Positions 29,013 through 42,723 of a stretch of 64,000 bases of DNA are shown here, piece by piece. Both the position numbers and the translations under genes were made by a program. Below the pieces are notes generated by a model. The model saw only the letters and a list, made by a program, of their open reading frames with translations. It did not search any database and had not been told where the DNA came from. Numbering within the stretch: the first letter of the stretch is position 1; each line of letters opens with the position of its first letter. This DNA comes from Octopus sinensis (taxonomy: Eukaryota): contig NC_043005.1 of the NCBI RefSeq assembly GCF_006345805.1, positions 77,624,001 to 77,688,000 on the forward strand, read 5' to 3'.

Positions 29013-29400
29013 GGATGGAAGCACTCCGTCGGTTACGACGATGAGGGTTCCGGTCGATCCGAATCAACGGAACAGCCTGCTCATGAAATTAACGTGTAAG
29101 TAGCTGAGCACTCCACAGACACGTGTACCCTTAACGTAGTTCTCGGGGATATTCAGCGTGACACAGAGAGTGACAAGGCCGGCCCTTTGAAATACAGGTA
29201 CAACAGAAACAGGAAGTAAGAGTGAGAGAAAGTTGTGGTGAAAGAGTACAGCAGGGATCACCACTATCCCTGCCGGAGCCTCTTGGAGCTTTTAGTTGTT
29301 TTCGCTCAATAAAAACTCACAACGCCCGGTCTGGGAATCGAAACCGCAATCCTATGACCGCGAGTCCGCTGTCCTAACCACTGGGCCATTGCGCCTCCAC
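29013..29400 (-). mobile_element. SINE family B with TSD
   Basis: A/B boxes; TSD atgtgggttat (29002-29012, 29401-29411). Confidence 0.9.
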
Positions 29401-29749
29401 ATGTGGGTTATATATATGTATAAGCAAAATAGCTAGTTGTAAAATCTCAAGAGGAGATCAGAGTAGTTATTAAACTAACAAGTAAAGTCAGTCACCACAT
29501 CAACGGGGCTGTTCCATGTTACTGCTAGTTTAACCCTAGGCAGATCTTCTGCCAGCTGGTTATTGGTGTGGTAATAGATACATATATATATACATATATA
29601 TATATGTAAATAGTAAGAGATTATCCCAAAACATTAACTGGTTTATTCTTGGTTAGGTCATCAAAATAGGTTATTCAACGGTTAATATATAAATCCAATA
29701 ATATTCTTGTAAGGTAATAATCCTTATTATCATTATTGTTTATATACAT

Positions 29750-30162
29750 AGCACATCTGAGCATGATCATTGCCAGGGCCATGGATTGGCTCCCATGCCG
29801 ATGACATGGGAAAAGAACCATTTGAATGTGATCATTGCCAGCATCACTTTACCGGTACATGTGCTGGTGGCATGGGAAAAACAACAGTCGAGCATGGTTG
29901 TTGCCAGAACCACCTGACTGCCACCCGTGCAAGTAGCACAAAAAACACCTTTTGAAGGTGGTCATTGCCAGAGGCCCTCACGCTGGTGGCACGTAAGAGC
30001 ACCCACTATATTCATGGAGTGGTTGGCATTAGGAAGGGCATCCAGCTGTAGAAACTTTGCCAGATTAGATTGAGCCTGGTGCAGCCATCTGGTTCACCAG
30101 TCCTCAGTCAAATCATCCAACCCATGCCAGCATGAAAAGCGGACATAAAACGATGATGATGA
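29750..30162 (+). mobile_element. SINE/RTE-tail-related family D with internal tandem subunits and (GAT)n tail
   Basis: gttggcattaggaagggcatccagc...cccatgccagcatg...(gat)n; homologous to 50540-51032. Confidence 0.7.
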
Positions 30163-30215
30163 TATATATATGTTTACATTCTTTGTCTGTATTTAAGTGC
30201 ATTTGTATGTATGTA

Positions 30216-30447
30216 CAGTAATCCCTCAACTACCACAGGTGTTACATTCCAAACCTCCACCCCATCCCCCTCATGATAGCTAAAATCCATGAAGTAGAAA
30301 CAGTACTGTACTGTATATTTTTTTTTTATTTTTGTAATTTGTATATATTTATTTTATTATAAATGCAAAACTACACCACGGAGGAATCGACATAAGCTTA
30401 AATAATAAACTGAGATAGGTGAACTGCAATGTGGCAAAGGATAACTG
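30216..30447. mobile_element. Tigger/pogo-like MITE
   Basis: TA|cagtaatccct...aggataactg|TA. Confidence 0.7.
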
Positions 30448-31014
30448 TATGTAAACCTACAAAGAAGATATGCAAACATAAAAAATCTAGCTATTTCCTC
30501 CTTCAATTGAGAAAAAATTAAGAGTGGCTGTGTGGTAAGTAGTCTGCTTACCAACCACATGGTTCTGGGTTCAGTCTCATTGCATGGCATCTTGGGCAAG
30601 TGTCTTCTACTATGGCTTATGGGCCGACCAAAGCCTTGTGAGTGGATTTGGTAGACGGAAACTAAAAGAAGCCCATTGTATATATGTATATATATATGTG
30701 TATGTGTGTGTATGTGTTTTGTGTGTCTGTGCCCCCCCCCCCCACAACATCGCTTGACAACCAATGCTGATGTGTTTATGTCCTCGTAACTACGGTTAAT
30801 AAATCAGTATTTGAAACTCACTCCTGTTTAATTAAAGTGGACAGCTCGTTTGCACATCCGTGTTGTTTGGTGGGGCATGGAGGGAGTGGATTACCAAAGC
30901 AAGGTATGGAGCATGGGTAAAGTGCCATTCAACAGTGAAAAGGAACTTTGAGCTACAAAAGGTCAGGCTTCACATTGCTAAAGTGCAATGGTTGAGATGA
31001 TCAATATGTGGTTT

Positions 31015-31404
31015 ATGGATGGAAGCACTCCATCGGATACGACAATGAGGGTTCCGGTTGATCCAAATCAACGGAACAGCCTGCTCATGAAATTAACGTG
31101 TAAGTGGCTGAGCACTCCACAGACACGTGCACCCTTAACGTAGTTCTCGGGGATATTCAGTGTGACACAGAGAGTGACAAGGCCGGCCCCTTGAAATACA
31201 GGTACAACAGAAACAGGAAGTAAGAGTGAGAGAAAGTTGTGGTGAAAGAGTACAGCAGGGATCACCACCATCCCCTGCTGGAGCCTCGTGGTGCTTTTAG
31301 GTGTTTTCGCTCAATAAACACTCACAACGCCCAGTCTGGGAATCGAAACCGCGATCCTATGACCGCGAGTCCGCTGCCCTAACCACTGGGCCATTGTGCC
31401 TCCC
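31015..31404 (-). mobile_element. SINE family B
   Basis: Near-identical to 29013-29400; flanking duplicate gatcaatatgt. Confidence 0.88.
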
Positions 31405-32098
31405 CGATCAATATGTACGTATGCATATATTCATGTGTGATGTCATGTGACATGTGCAGAGTGTGTGTGTGCCTGCATGTATGTGTGAGTGTGCATTGCT
31501 ACTGTCCTTGTTAAACCCCATCTCAGCCCTGATCAAGCAAAATCGCAATGAAAGGTGTTCTCCCCATGATTGTCCCATTCCCATTTCCTTTCAGTCTTAT
31601 CAATTTCTAATTAAACAGTTATTTTATTGCTTAACCTCCAAGAGTGTAGTGGGTCCTTTTTATGTGCCACAAGCACAGCATCCAGTCAGGTGGGCCTGGC
31701 ATCGATCACGTTCAGATAGTGCTTTTTACATGCCACTGGCACGGCGGCCAGTCAGTGGGTACTGGCATCAGCCATGTTTGGATGGTGCTTTTACATGCCA
31801 CCAGCATGGGAGCCAGTCAGGTGGACCTGGCATCAACGTATGTATTTGTGTGTCTGTGTTTGTCCCCCCCACCATCACTTGACGACTGATGTTGATGTGT
31901 TTACATCTCCCCATACCTTAATGGTTCAGCAAAAGAGATCTATAGTATAAGTACTAGGTTTACAAAGATTAAATCTTGGGGTCGATTTGTTCAACTAAAG
32001 GCGGTGCTCCAGCATGGCCAAAATCACAAGTGTAACAAATAAAAGAATAAAAGAACAAAAGAAAGCAGATATGCACACAAACACACACACATACAAAC

Positions 32099-32145
<47 letters not shown>

Positions 32146-32823
32146 GAACATCCTTCACCTTCTGTTTACCAAATATACTTATATGGCTTTGGTCTCTCTG
32201 GGGCTATAGTAGAAAATGCTTGCCTAAGGTACCTTGTGGTGAAATTGAACCTAAAACCACAAGGTTAAGAAGCAAACTTTTTAAGCACACAGCCATGTCT
32301 ACACCAATAACTATTCAGTATAGTGGTGTATATCCGTAAAGAGCACCATAATTCAATTAATTTCAAAATAATTAATTTCATAACGTAGTCAAAAACCTAA
32401 TAAAACATTTTAATTAAAATAATTCAACAAACTGATTATTTTAATTAATGACAATGTGATTACACTATAATGAATAACAATGCAGTAGCAAGGTTATTTT
32501 TTAATCATCATCATCTTCATCCTCATCATTTAATATCCATTGTCCATGCAGGCACGGATTGGACGGTTTGACATAAAACTGGCCAAGCTGGCAAGCTGTC
32601 CAGACTCTAATTGTCTGTTTTGGCATTGTTTCTATAACTGGATGCCTTTGCTAACACCAGCCACTTTACAGAGTGTACTGGGTGCTTTTTACATGCCATC
32701 AGCACAGGTGTGTTTACTCAGCACTAGCATGAGTCCATTTACGCAACACAGGATTGAGTGCATTTTATGTGGCACTAGTACTTGGAAAGGACAAGCCTGT
32801 ATGCATGGATGACAGCGATTTTA

Positions 32824-33321
32824 TTGGGTTGTCTGGAAAGTTCATGCCGATTTTTAGAGGAAAGAAAAAGGTCAATAAATACTTGCCATTACATTCTTAA
32901 TCAACCAAATATGAACCATTTTGTTGCACAATGCGTCTCCATCTTTCCTTTAACTTGGAAATACCCTCTTCCCAGAATTGAGGTGGTTTCATGGCAAAGA
33001 ATTCATCAAGGTATCTTTTTACGTCATCCAAGGAATTGAAATTTTTACCATTAAGACTATTCTGCAGAGACCTGAATAAATGGAAATCCGAAGGAGCAAT
33101 ATCTGGTGAATATGGAGGGTGGAGTAACACATCCCAGCCGAGCTGCAGATATTTTTGTCTGGTTCCCAAAGCATCAAGTGCCCAAAATGAACTTTCTTAT
33201 CTTCCATTTTAAAGGGTTACAAAATTAACACAGGTTATAGGAACATAAACCTTCTTCAACGAAAAGGTAGCTTAAACTGTGCTCTAAATGGAGGTGTAGT
33301 CAAACTTTTAGGACAACCCAA
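32824..33321 (-). mobile_element. Internally deleted mariner element with both TIRs
   Basis: TA|ttgggttgtc ... gacaacccaa|TA; N-terminus MEDKKVHFGHLMLWE joined to the C-terminal HPPYSPDIAPSDFHLF region. Confidence 0.92.
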
Positions 33322-33605
33322 TACTTGACTTTTCGCAACTGCTCAAGTACAGCAAATCATCACAACACCCGGTTCCTTGTCATTTCCTCAGTGATGATAA
33401 ATATTGGTTTCAAATTTTGGCACAAGGCCAGAAATTTGGGGGAGGGGGTAAATTGATTACATTGACTCCAGTGCCCAATGGTACCTATTTTTTTGACCCA
33501 GAAAGGATGAAAGGCAAAATGAACTTCAGCAGAATAATAATAATAATAATAACAACATTGAAAAATACCTTAGGAATGAGAACCCAGGTTCGAAATTTCC
33601 CCAAG

Positions 33606-33649
33606 ACACCTGATGAAAGATGGAGGGTATAATAGCAGAAACGTGGTGT
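33606..33649 (+). ncRNA. Degenerate hammerhead motif
   Basis: acac-CTGATGA-...-GAAA-cGTg-gtgt; stem I acac/gtgt pairs, stem II is disrupted. Confidence 0.45.
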
Positions 33650-33739
33650 TAACAAGAAATATAATAACACGTCATTTCTGTCTCCCAAACATCTACCAAT
33701 GGACACAGCTCGGACATCAGATCCTTAGTTTCATCAGTG

Positions 33740-34015
33740 TTGTTATTTGACAACAAGAGGCAAATGGACATGGAACAAACTGCCAGCATCAGTTGTTAGT
33801 TGTCGGAACACTGCATCCTTCAAAACTTCCATGCTTCCTGAGATTCGCCAACACTACACCTGATTTTCTCCCCTCCATACACATGCAAGCATGTATCTGA
33901 CTCATACACTGTTCACTTCCCAGACATTTGTACATTACTGCATATGCTTTATACGCACTTTTGACAAGTTGTGGTGCACCTGAGCACTGTATACAATAAT
34001 TTCATTATTATTATT
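33740..34015 (+). mobile_element. CR1/L2-like LINE 3' end with (ATT)n tail
   Basis: LPASVV..ASFKTSMLPEIRQHYT* then tail; antisense homolog at 63855-64000. Confidence 0.55.
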
Positions 34016-34059
34016 AACATATCAGATGAAATGCTTTCTTATTTCATCAAGTCCTGAGC

Positions 34060-34225
34060 TCTTATGGTGCATGGGTCTACAATGATATATCTTCACTGTT
34101 CTCAACTCTGTATTTTCAGTTTCTCAAAAGTTGGAACCCTGCTTTTTCAGCTCTACCCCAGTATTCTGCTTCCAGCTATTTTGGGGGCATTCCCTCTTCT
34201 ACCTCCCTTGTGGATGCTAGCTCAG
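34060..34225 (-). mobile_element. RTE-like LINE ORF C-terminal remnant
   Basis: Homologous to 47640-47865. Confidence 0.55.
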
Positions 34226-35872
34226 GGAGACATGTCCCTGAGGGAAGGCTTCCTTCTCCCAGACCTTGTTAATTCCGAATTGTCATCAATACTTCTGCAA
34301 CTTTGCTTTCTCTAGGTAGGGACATTGACCCTATGCAAACCCTTCTTTCCTCAGAGAAGAAGGGGGCGATATTAGTCTATCCCCATTCATTTGACCTGAG
34401 TGGAGGCATGTGGATTAGTGGTTTTGGTATTGGGCTCATGTTCGTAAGATTGTGGTTTCAATTCCTGGAACAAGCAGTGCATTGTGTTCTTGAGCAAAAC
34501 ACTTCATTTAACGTTGCTTAAATGCTGGCAAAAATAAGTAATCCTGTGATGGACCAGTGTCCCATTCAGGTGGAAAATATATTCGCCATGGAAACCAGGA
34601 AACTGGCCCCTATGAGTTTATATGACCTTTGAAGGAACTCTACTTATTTTATTTACATTTGACCTGCCCAGCATCAGAGGCCCACCAGGAGCTTGCACTC
34701 CACTGATATAACTCTCAGGGTCCTTAAGGCATATAAGCCACCATCACACCACAACATGGATTGGACCTTCAAGAAGACTGGACAAAATTCTGAACCATTT
34801 TATTCCAGCTTCATGCATTCTGAGTTCAATTCTTACTGAAGTCAACTCTAACTTTTATCTTTCTGGGTTTGGTACATAAACTACTAGTCCAGAGAGATGA
34901 ACTGGCACAATCATTATAGTACTATTTTTGTAGCATTTAATCTACCACTTGGCATTCAAGTTCAATTCCTGCCAAGGTCAATTCTGCCTTTCATCCTTCT
35001 GGGGTTAGCACAATCATTATAGCATCATTTCCTTGATATTTGTTCTAGCTCTTAACATTCTGAATTTAAATCCTGCAAAAACATTCTTTGGTAGTAGACT
35101 TAATCCATCATTCACACATTGTATAATCTGGCATAAGACTATACGGAATGTGTGCTATCCCTCTTTCCTTGTGAAGATAACAGGATATAATTTGAGCGAA
35201 GTTTACCAGTTATTTCTTCTAGAACAAACAACTACATAGCTGTTTTCTTCATCTCCAGTCAACCGTGACCATCCTGTCCTTTGGACAATACTATACAATG
35301 CTCGGTTTCGGGGGTTTTTTTCATGCTTTACTTCAGTGCATTTTAGTATGATTTAAAGGAGATTCGATTGTTATTTCTAGCAGAAAGCGACTGTGTAGAG
35401 GCACCGTCATCGGTCCGAGCAGAAGTACAGAGTAATTAAAATAATTAACAGGTGATTTATTAGCTTTTAGTGGTGTGCTGAAGTACCATTTAGAAGTCTG
35501 AAATAAACCAAGAGAACCTTGCTCGAGTGTTATCTCAACACGAATCTAGATGGATCGACTTTCGGTAATAAAAAATGAAGAGAAAAACGCAATTACAGCA
35601 ATAACAATGATTAAAGGTTTCTCTGTGTGTGTATACGACATAAAACTTTACACAGCAAATAAGATTAAAGAAAAGAAAAAAAGAAGTGGTTTATAGTATT
35701 TATAATGAGGTTAGAGACAAATAAAACGACATGCCTCTGTAATTGAGGTAAAGCTTTCATATACGAATTACCTCCCTTTATCTTCTGTAATTATATAGCA
35801 AGTTGCGCGATTTTTATTTTGTTTACGCTTTTGACGAACCTAACGGGAAGAGGCAAAACAAGGAAAAAAGGT

Positions 35873-36967
35873 ATGGCAGCCTCATCAGTTCCGAGAGAAC
35901 TGCCAACGAATTACAAACTCACGGAGATCTATCACACAAAATGGTACTGCCCAGATAATTATGATTGTTTAACTTACATCGGCAATGGAGCTTATAGCCA
36001 AGTCTGCTCGGCAACGTGTGAAGGAATCGAAGGCAAAGTGGCCATCAAAAAACTTACTCGTGCTTTCTTCGCAGTGGATGAATCGAAAAGAACTTACCGG
36101 GAACTTCGATTATTAAAACACATGAAGCATAAAAATGTGGTCGACCTCGTAGATGTTTTTACACCAGACTTAACGAAAATAGACTTTACCGATTTGTATT
36201 TCGTATCGACGTATTATCCCAAAGATTTGAAACACGTAATATTAAACGAGGGCCTTGATACGGCTCGAGTTCGATCGATGGTGTACCAAATATTGTGTGG
36301 TGTCCAGTATATTCATTCGGCCGGAGTTATACACAGGGATTTGAAACCAAGAAACATCGGAGTTACAGAAAACGACTGTATAAAAATTTTGGATTTCGGC
36401 CTGGCTCGATCTATAAGCAACGAGATGACGGGTTATGTACAAACACGCTGGTATCGCGCCCCAGAGGTGATCCTTAACTGGATGAAGTACAACCAGACAG
36501 CCGATGTATGGTCCGTAGCCTGCATCATGGGCGAAATGCTAACGGGAAAGCCTTTAATTGCGGGTAAGTCTTTTACGGATCAAATTCTCAAGATCTTCAA
36601 TCTTGTCGGATCACCAGACAGTAATACTCTAAAAAAATTCACGTGCAGTGATATTGTTGAATGTCTGAAAAGTTTCGATAAGTGCGAAAGGCAGGACTTT
36701 AACAAGTATTTCAAAAACGTTGACCCACAAGCCATAGATCTGTTGGACAAAATGTTACAACTCGATGTAGATGTTCGCCTGAACGTGGAAAACGCTTTGA
36801 AACACGAATTTCTCAAAGTAAATTTCGATCCAAAAGATCAAATTCGAGCAGAAATGTTCGAAAACGTCTTCGAAGACATGGATTTAAATCTAAGCGAATG
36901 GAAAAGTTTGGTTTTACAAGAAGTTCAAAATTTTAAGAGTTCGCGCAAATGCGATAGCAGAAAGTGA
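35873..36967 (+). CDS. MAPK14: p38-family mitogen-activated protein kinase (MAPK14-like), single coding exon, 364 aa
   Basis: Complete kinase domain: IGNGAYSQV, VAIKKL, RTYRELRLLKHMKH, IHRDLKPRN, KILDFGLAR, EMTGYVQTRWYRAPE (TGY loop diagnostic of p38), DVWSVACIMGE. First ATG at 35873; the track's 35819 start is a TTG. The symbol is family-level and orthology is unproven. Confidence 0.93.
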   Translation: MAASSVPRELPTNYKLTEIYHTKWYCPDNYDCLTYIGNGAYSQVCSATCEGIEGKVAIKKLTRAFFAVDESKRTYRELRLLKHMKHKNVVDLVDVFTPDLTKIDFTDLYFVSTYYPKDLKHVILNEGLDTARVRSMVYQILCGVQYIHSAGVIHRDLKPRNIGVTENDCIKILDFGLARSISNEMTGYVQTRWYRAPEVILNWMKYNQTADVWSVACIMGEMLTGKPLIAGKSFTDQILKIFNLVGSPDSNTLKKFTCSDIVECLKSFDKCERQDFNKYFKNVDPQAIDLLDKMLQLDVDVRLNVENALKHEFLKVNFDPKDQIRAEMFENVFEDMDLNLSEWKSLVLQEVQNFKSSRKCDSRK

Positions 36968-37349
36968 AACCAAAACAACACTGAAAATCTTTCTTTTTTT
37001 AATAATGTATTTATTTTAGTGGCTATTAATTTCAAATTTCAACTGAGTTTCATGGAAAAGAAACGAAAAGGAAAAAAAGTATTAACAGAATTTTATTGGC
37101 ATTTTATTACAGAAATATTATATAAGGATGTGAATCGTTGCATAAGGTGGCGGTCTGCAAGTGGGAGGGATGTTTTCTATTGTGTTTATTATAAGAGCAG
37201 TTGAAGCGGCTGTCATTTCCTTGATGGGAGATAACTCTTCAATGATCTCTGATATTGACATCATCTAAATGTTGTATGCTGACGTGTGTACGCGTATATC
37301 TGTTGTCTGTGGTGTTGTACATTTGAATATTTTATATATATAATCATAT

Positions 37350-37382
<33 letters not shown>

Positions 37383-37440
37383 TATATATACATTATAATA
37401 TATAACACACATATATACACACACACACATATATTATAAT

Positions 37441-37477
<37 letters not shown>

Positions 37478-38374
37478 CAGATACATACATACATGCATAC
37501 ATACATACACATGCGCACCTGTGTCTATATATGTGTGTGTGTGTATACACACACACACACATATATATATATAGACACGTGCATGTGTGTGTATGTATGC
37601 ATACTCATACACACACCACACATACACTCACCTGGCATAAATAATGCAGAATATTTGATTATTTTCAATATATGCGCATTAAGATTTTATCATCCTTAAC
37701 ACGTTGGTTACCTCAAAAAAAAAAAACAATCTGACTCATGTAACAGCTGAGTATAAAAAGCCTATAACGGGTCTTTTTTTTATTGAAAAATCTAAAGGAA
37801 TATAACTAGAATTATAATTAGAGCACCAAAGGTGTCAACGATATATATAGCTAAGGCCCTTTATATTCCAATTTCGAGTAGAGCTCTGGGCAACCTCTGG
37901 TGTCATTTATTCTTATAACTGTTTTGTATCCTTGATGCAAATGACACTATTTTAGATTCAGAACGTTAAGGTACACGGTATTTCGTTATGCAATTATGAT
38001 ATACTACAAAGTATATTAAACGTTTTTTTTATCAAGTCAATATTGTGTACTATTGTGTTATCAGTGCACTTAAATCACGTGTGAAGGTCATTTCTATTGA
38101 TTTTCTATGCAAATTATAACCAGCACTGATTCTGTAATTCGAAACACCGTAACATGTGTTTTGTTTCTTACCTCAGTGGGTGACTCCGAGCATGTCTGGT
38201 GTCACGAAACACCTACAGAGCTGCTTCGCTGCCTGGTGAGTCATTAACACCTGCATTCGGAGGCGGACTGCAGCACAACAAAACCCTTAGCACAATAATG
38301 CTTACCCTAGATGTTGTTGTTCTTTTTCTTCATATTATTATTATTATCATTATTATTATTATTATTATTTATAA

Positions 38375-38587
38375 GGTAGCGAGGCGACAGAATCGATAGC
38401 ACGTCAGGCAAAATACTTCGCGGTTTTTCGTCTGCTGCTACGCTCTGAGTTCAAATGTCGCCGAGGTCAACTTTGCCTTTCATCCTTTCGGCGTCAATAA
38501 AATAAGCACCAGTGAAACACTGGGGTCGATGTAATCGACATAATCCCATCACCAAATTTCAGGTTTTGTGCCTTTAGTAGAAAAGAT
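38375..38587 (+). mobile_element. SINE family A variant
   Basis: Homology to 441-657; lies between (ATT)n runs. Confidence 0.8.
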
Positions 38588-38678
38588 TATTATTATTATT
38601 CTTTTCTTCTTTAGGCACAAGGCCCGAAATCTTGGAGGAGGGGGAATGGGAACTGGTGCTTAATTTATCGGCCCCTAT

Positions 38679-38889
38679 AGGATGAAAGGCAAGTCGACCT
38701 CGGCGGAATTTGAACTCAGAATTTAAAGGGAAACGAAATACCTATTTCTTTACTACCCACAAGGGCTAAACAAACTGGTAAATAAGTACCAGTTTGTTTA
38801 GCCCTTGTGGGTAGTAAAGAAATAGGTATTTCGCCCGTTGCTACGTTCTGAGTTCAAATTCCGCCGAGGTCGACTTTGCCTTTCATCCT
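38679..38889. repeat. SINE-A-derived fold-back palindrome
   Basis: Perfect 47-bp arms 38734-38780 / 38787-38833 with a 6-nt loop; imperfect outer arms. Confidence 0.88.
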
Positions 38890-39101
38890 TTCGGGGTCGA
38901 TAAATAAAGTACTAGTAAAACACTGTAGTCGATGTGCTTGGACAGAAGGCAAATAAGTTAGCTCTGGACTTGCGCAGGTCACGTTTTCTTGTGCCCCTGT
39001 AAACCCTAAATGCAAGGCCGTTTACAATACCACTTCAGATAGAGTGCCGAGCAAGGAAGGGTCTGGTAGTTTTTATTCTTATAATGTATCTTTGGCGCAA
39101 A

Positions 39102-39614
39102 TCTATATATATAAAACTGTAGTTGTGTGAGTGTCTGTCCCCTTCGATTTAGATTCCTAACTACTCCCACATTTTGCGGTGCAGTTTAACCAAATTCGGG
39201 TATCTTATAGTCGTGATTCATATCGAGCCCGTCTGGGTATTAGCGCGCGTCTACGATGAGTCTACGATTTAAAAAATAATTTAACATCATTTTTTATTCC
39301 ATTTTAATGCATAATTTTTCGTGTGTCGATGGCGGCGGAGTTGGCGTCCATGGTCACAGCTGCACCTGTGTTGCTTCTCCCCTTCTTCCCTCCCTCGTGA
39401 AGCTGTAGGGAAGGGAGTGTAAGGAAATTAACGTCGTAAAGCGTTGTCAAGGAGACCAGCGTTCTTTTAGAACAACGACTTCATGGCTTGAAGACACCAA
39501 AACAGAAATGGCTAAGAAAGCCCGAATTGGCATCTATAAGGGAAGTAACTCTCTAAAAATGCTTATATAGTTATTTCCCTTACAAACCCGAGCAACGCCG
39601 GGCGATACTGCTAG
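39102..39614 (+). mobile_element. Non-autonomous Helitron
   Basis: A|TCtatatatataaa ... hairpin cccgagc-aac-gccggg ... CTAG|T; insertion between A and T with no TSD. Confidence 0.85.
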
Positions 39615-39741
39615 TAGACTTATAAAAGTTTAATATTTTCAGTAACGAAAGCTAAGTTATAAAAGCTGTGACCTATTTTTCATAACAATAATCGGTCTTG
39701 CCTCCCTTGCTTTACTCTCCCCACCCTCTCTCTTTCTCTCT

Positions 39742-39755
39742 GTTGCCATGGTTAC
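39742..39755. promoter_or_regulatory. Candidate RFX X-box
   Basis: GTTGCCATGGTTAC, one mismatch from the GTTGCCATGGTAAC-type X-box consensus, in non-repeat sequence. Confidence 0.45.
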
Positions 39756-39970
39756 ATAGGCGTCCGCAGAACGGAACAATGGCAGTCCGTACTTTTATTT
39801 ATTATTTCAACTATAATATTTATTGTTTCAACTAATTAGTTGTGTAAAACACAAAACACAGGCTCAAATAATTTGTAAATAGATAGGATCATCTTTACTT
39901 TACGTTACGAAAAATATATGTATTGCGTAAATTGAATATTATGTAAATACGTTTGAGTGCGCACATACGC

Positions 39971-40006
<36 letters not shown>

Positions 40007-40101
40007 CATTTGTAGACGACGTCATTCAACCACACAACATTCCTTAAAGACTTAGAAAAAAAAAGGGTGAATGACGTTATCTACTAATACCGAAAGATTG
40101 C

Positions 40102-40211
<110 letters not shown>

Positions 40212-40240
40212 GTATATGTATATATATATATATATGTGTG

Positions 40241-40298
<58 letters not shown>

Positions 40299-40309
40299 GA
40301 GAGAGATAT

Positions 40310-40350
<41 letters not shown>

Positions 40351-40558
40351 CAGACAGATAGATAGATAGACGGACAGACGGACAGACAGACAGACAAACA
40401 GACAGACAATACAAGGACCCATTCTTATAGACCCAAGGTGTCTGCCAATCAAAACAAATACTAGGCAGAGTTTCAGAATAACTCATGGGGAAGGAAAATG
40501 GCATGGAAGTGAGGGTTAGAGGTCTTTTTCGTTTTCCTTTTCTTTTTTCTTTAGTATT

Positions 40559-40604
<46 letters not shown>

Positions 40605-41364
40605 ATAAACACAAACATATATATATATGTATAACCTCTTCTTAGCATAGACTGGGCATGTCATCACATTCATTCCAATCGTTCATATTCCAAGCCAGTT
40701 CCTATTCTTGTTTGCTACCCTCCCTAGATGAATAGAAAAGTCACAACTCACTCAGTCATATCATTTTAGCTTGGTTTTAATGGCTGCATAATATTCCTAT
40801 CACCAACTTTTGTATAGAGCGTACTGCATACATTGAATCATGGCTCCAACATGAGAGAGGTTGTCTTGTCCTTGACCTGGCAAAAGACCATCTCAACAGT
40901 ATTTTGTGTTCAGTCACTCACCAACCACTTTACGGAGTGTACTTGGTGCAAATTATCATAGCACTGTTCTATATGAGTCTGTATGTATTTGTGTGTGTGT
41001 GTGTGTGTGTGTGTGCATATATGTATGTATGTTTTTAATATGTATGTTTATATATACTAATATACGGAATCATACATATATATGGATTTGCCTTTTAACT
41101 TAAAATCTCTAACTTTTATCTAATCATGAACTCAAACTATTAACATAAGTGTGTGTATTTGTGTGTGTGCGCGTGCACATGTGCGTATGTGTATGCATGC
41201 TTTTGTTATGTATGTTTATATATGCTAATATACACGATCATACATGTATATGGGTTTGCCTCTTAAAATGTCAACTTTATCTAATCATGGACTCAAACTA
41301 TTACAATAAGTGTGTGTGTGTGTGTATGTATGTTTTTGTTATGCATGTTTATATACTCTTTACT

Positions 41365-41825
<461 letters not shown>

Positions 41826-42688
41826 CTGCACTTAAATGTGCAAATATACACGATCATACATGTTTGCCTTTTAAACTGTCAAACATTCTCTAACCATGGA
41901 CTCAATCTATTAATATAAGACAACAGAATTCCGTCTTTTCCTTCTCATATTGAGAAAATAGCAATATTTCTTTTTGTTAGGAAGACTTCCATTAGTTTCC
42001 TTGGTTTCCATTCATCCACTCATCTGAAGTTGGGTATGTCGATAATTTTGATTAATCATATCAGAAAAAGCTTGCATAAAGTAAAAATAAAAAAGAAATG
42101 AGGTGAGTTCTAAAACTTTAATCATCAACATCACCACTCAGTGTCCAGTTTTCCATGTCTGTATGGATTTGGCAAAATTTTGTTGAGGAGCTGTTTCTAC
42201 AGCAGGAAGCCCTTCCTGTCACCAACACTCATCTGTTTCCAAGCAAGGCAATATTTACCCATGACCAGACCAGACATATTTTTGTGGAACACTGGAAAGG
42301 AAGGGCACTGCTTGCATGATGGTGGGTGACATTCGTTTACCACTATTATACAATGTCAAAGCAAGACTACACACTCACATATACACACACGCACACATAC
42401 ATCTATATGTATGGCAATATATATATAGTAGGCTTCTTTCAGTTACCATCTACAAAGGTTTTGGTTGGCCTGGGGCTGTAGCAGAAAACACTTGCTCAAG
42501 GTGTCATGCACCAGGACTGAACCCTGAACACATAGATGAGAAGCAAATTTCTTATCACACAGCCATGCCTGCCCCTTTATATATTATACATATGTGTGTG
42601 TGTGTGTGTGTGTGTGTGTATACAGCCACGCCTACACCTCTGTATGTTATATCTATGCCTCTGTGTGTTTGTGTGTGTGTGTATATAC

Positions 42689-42723
<35 letters not shown>

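Noticed and set aside
35819-35872. N-terminal extension of the kinase given in the ORF track
   Set aside because: Starts at TTG; the first in-frame ATG at 35873 gives a normal p38 length
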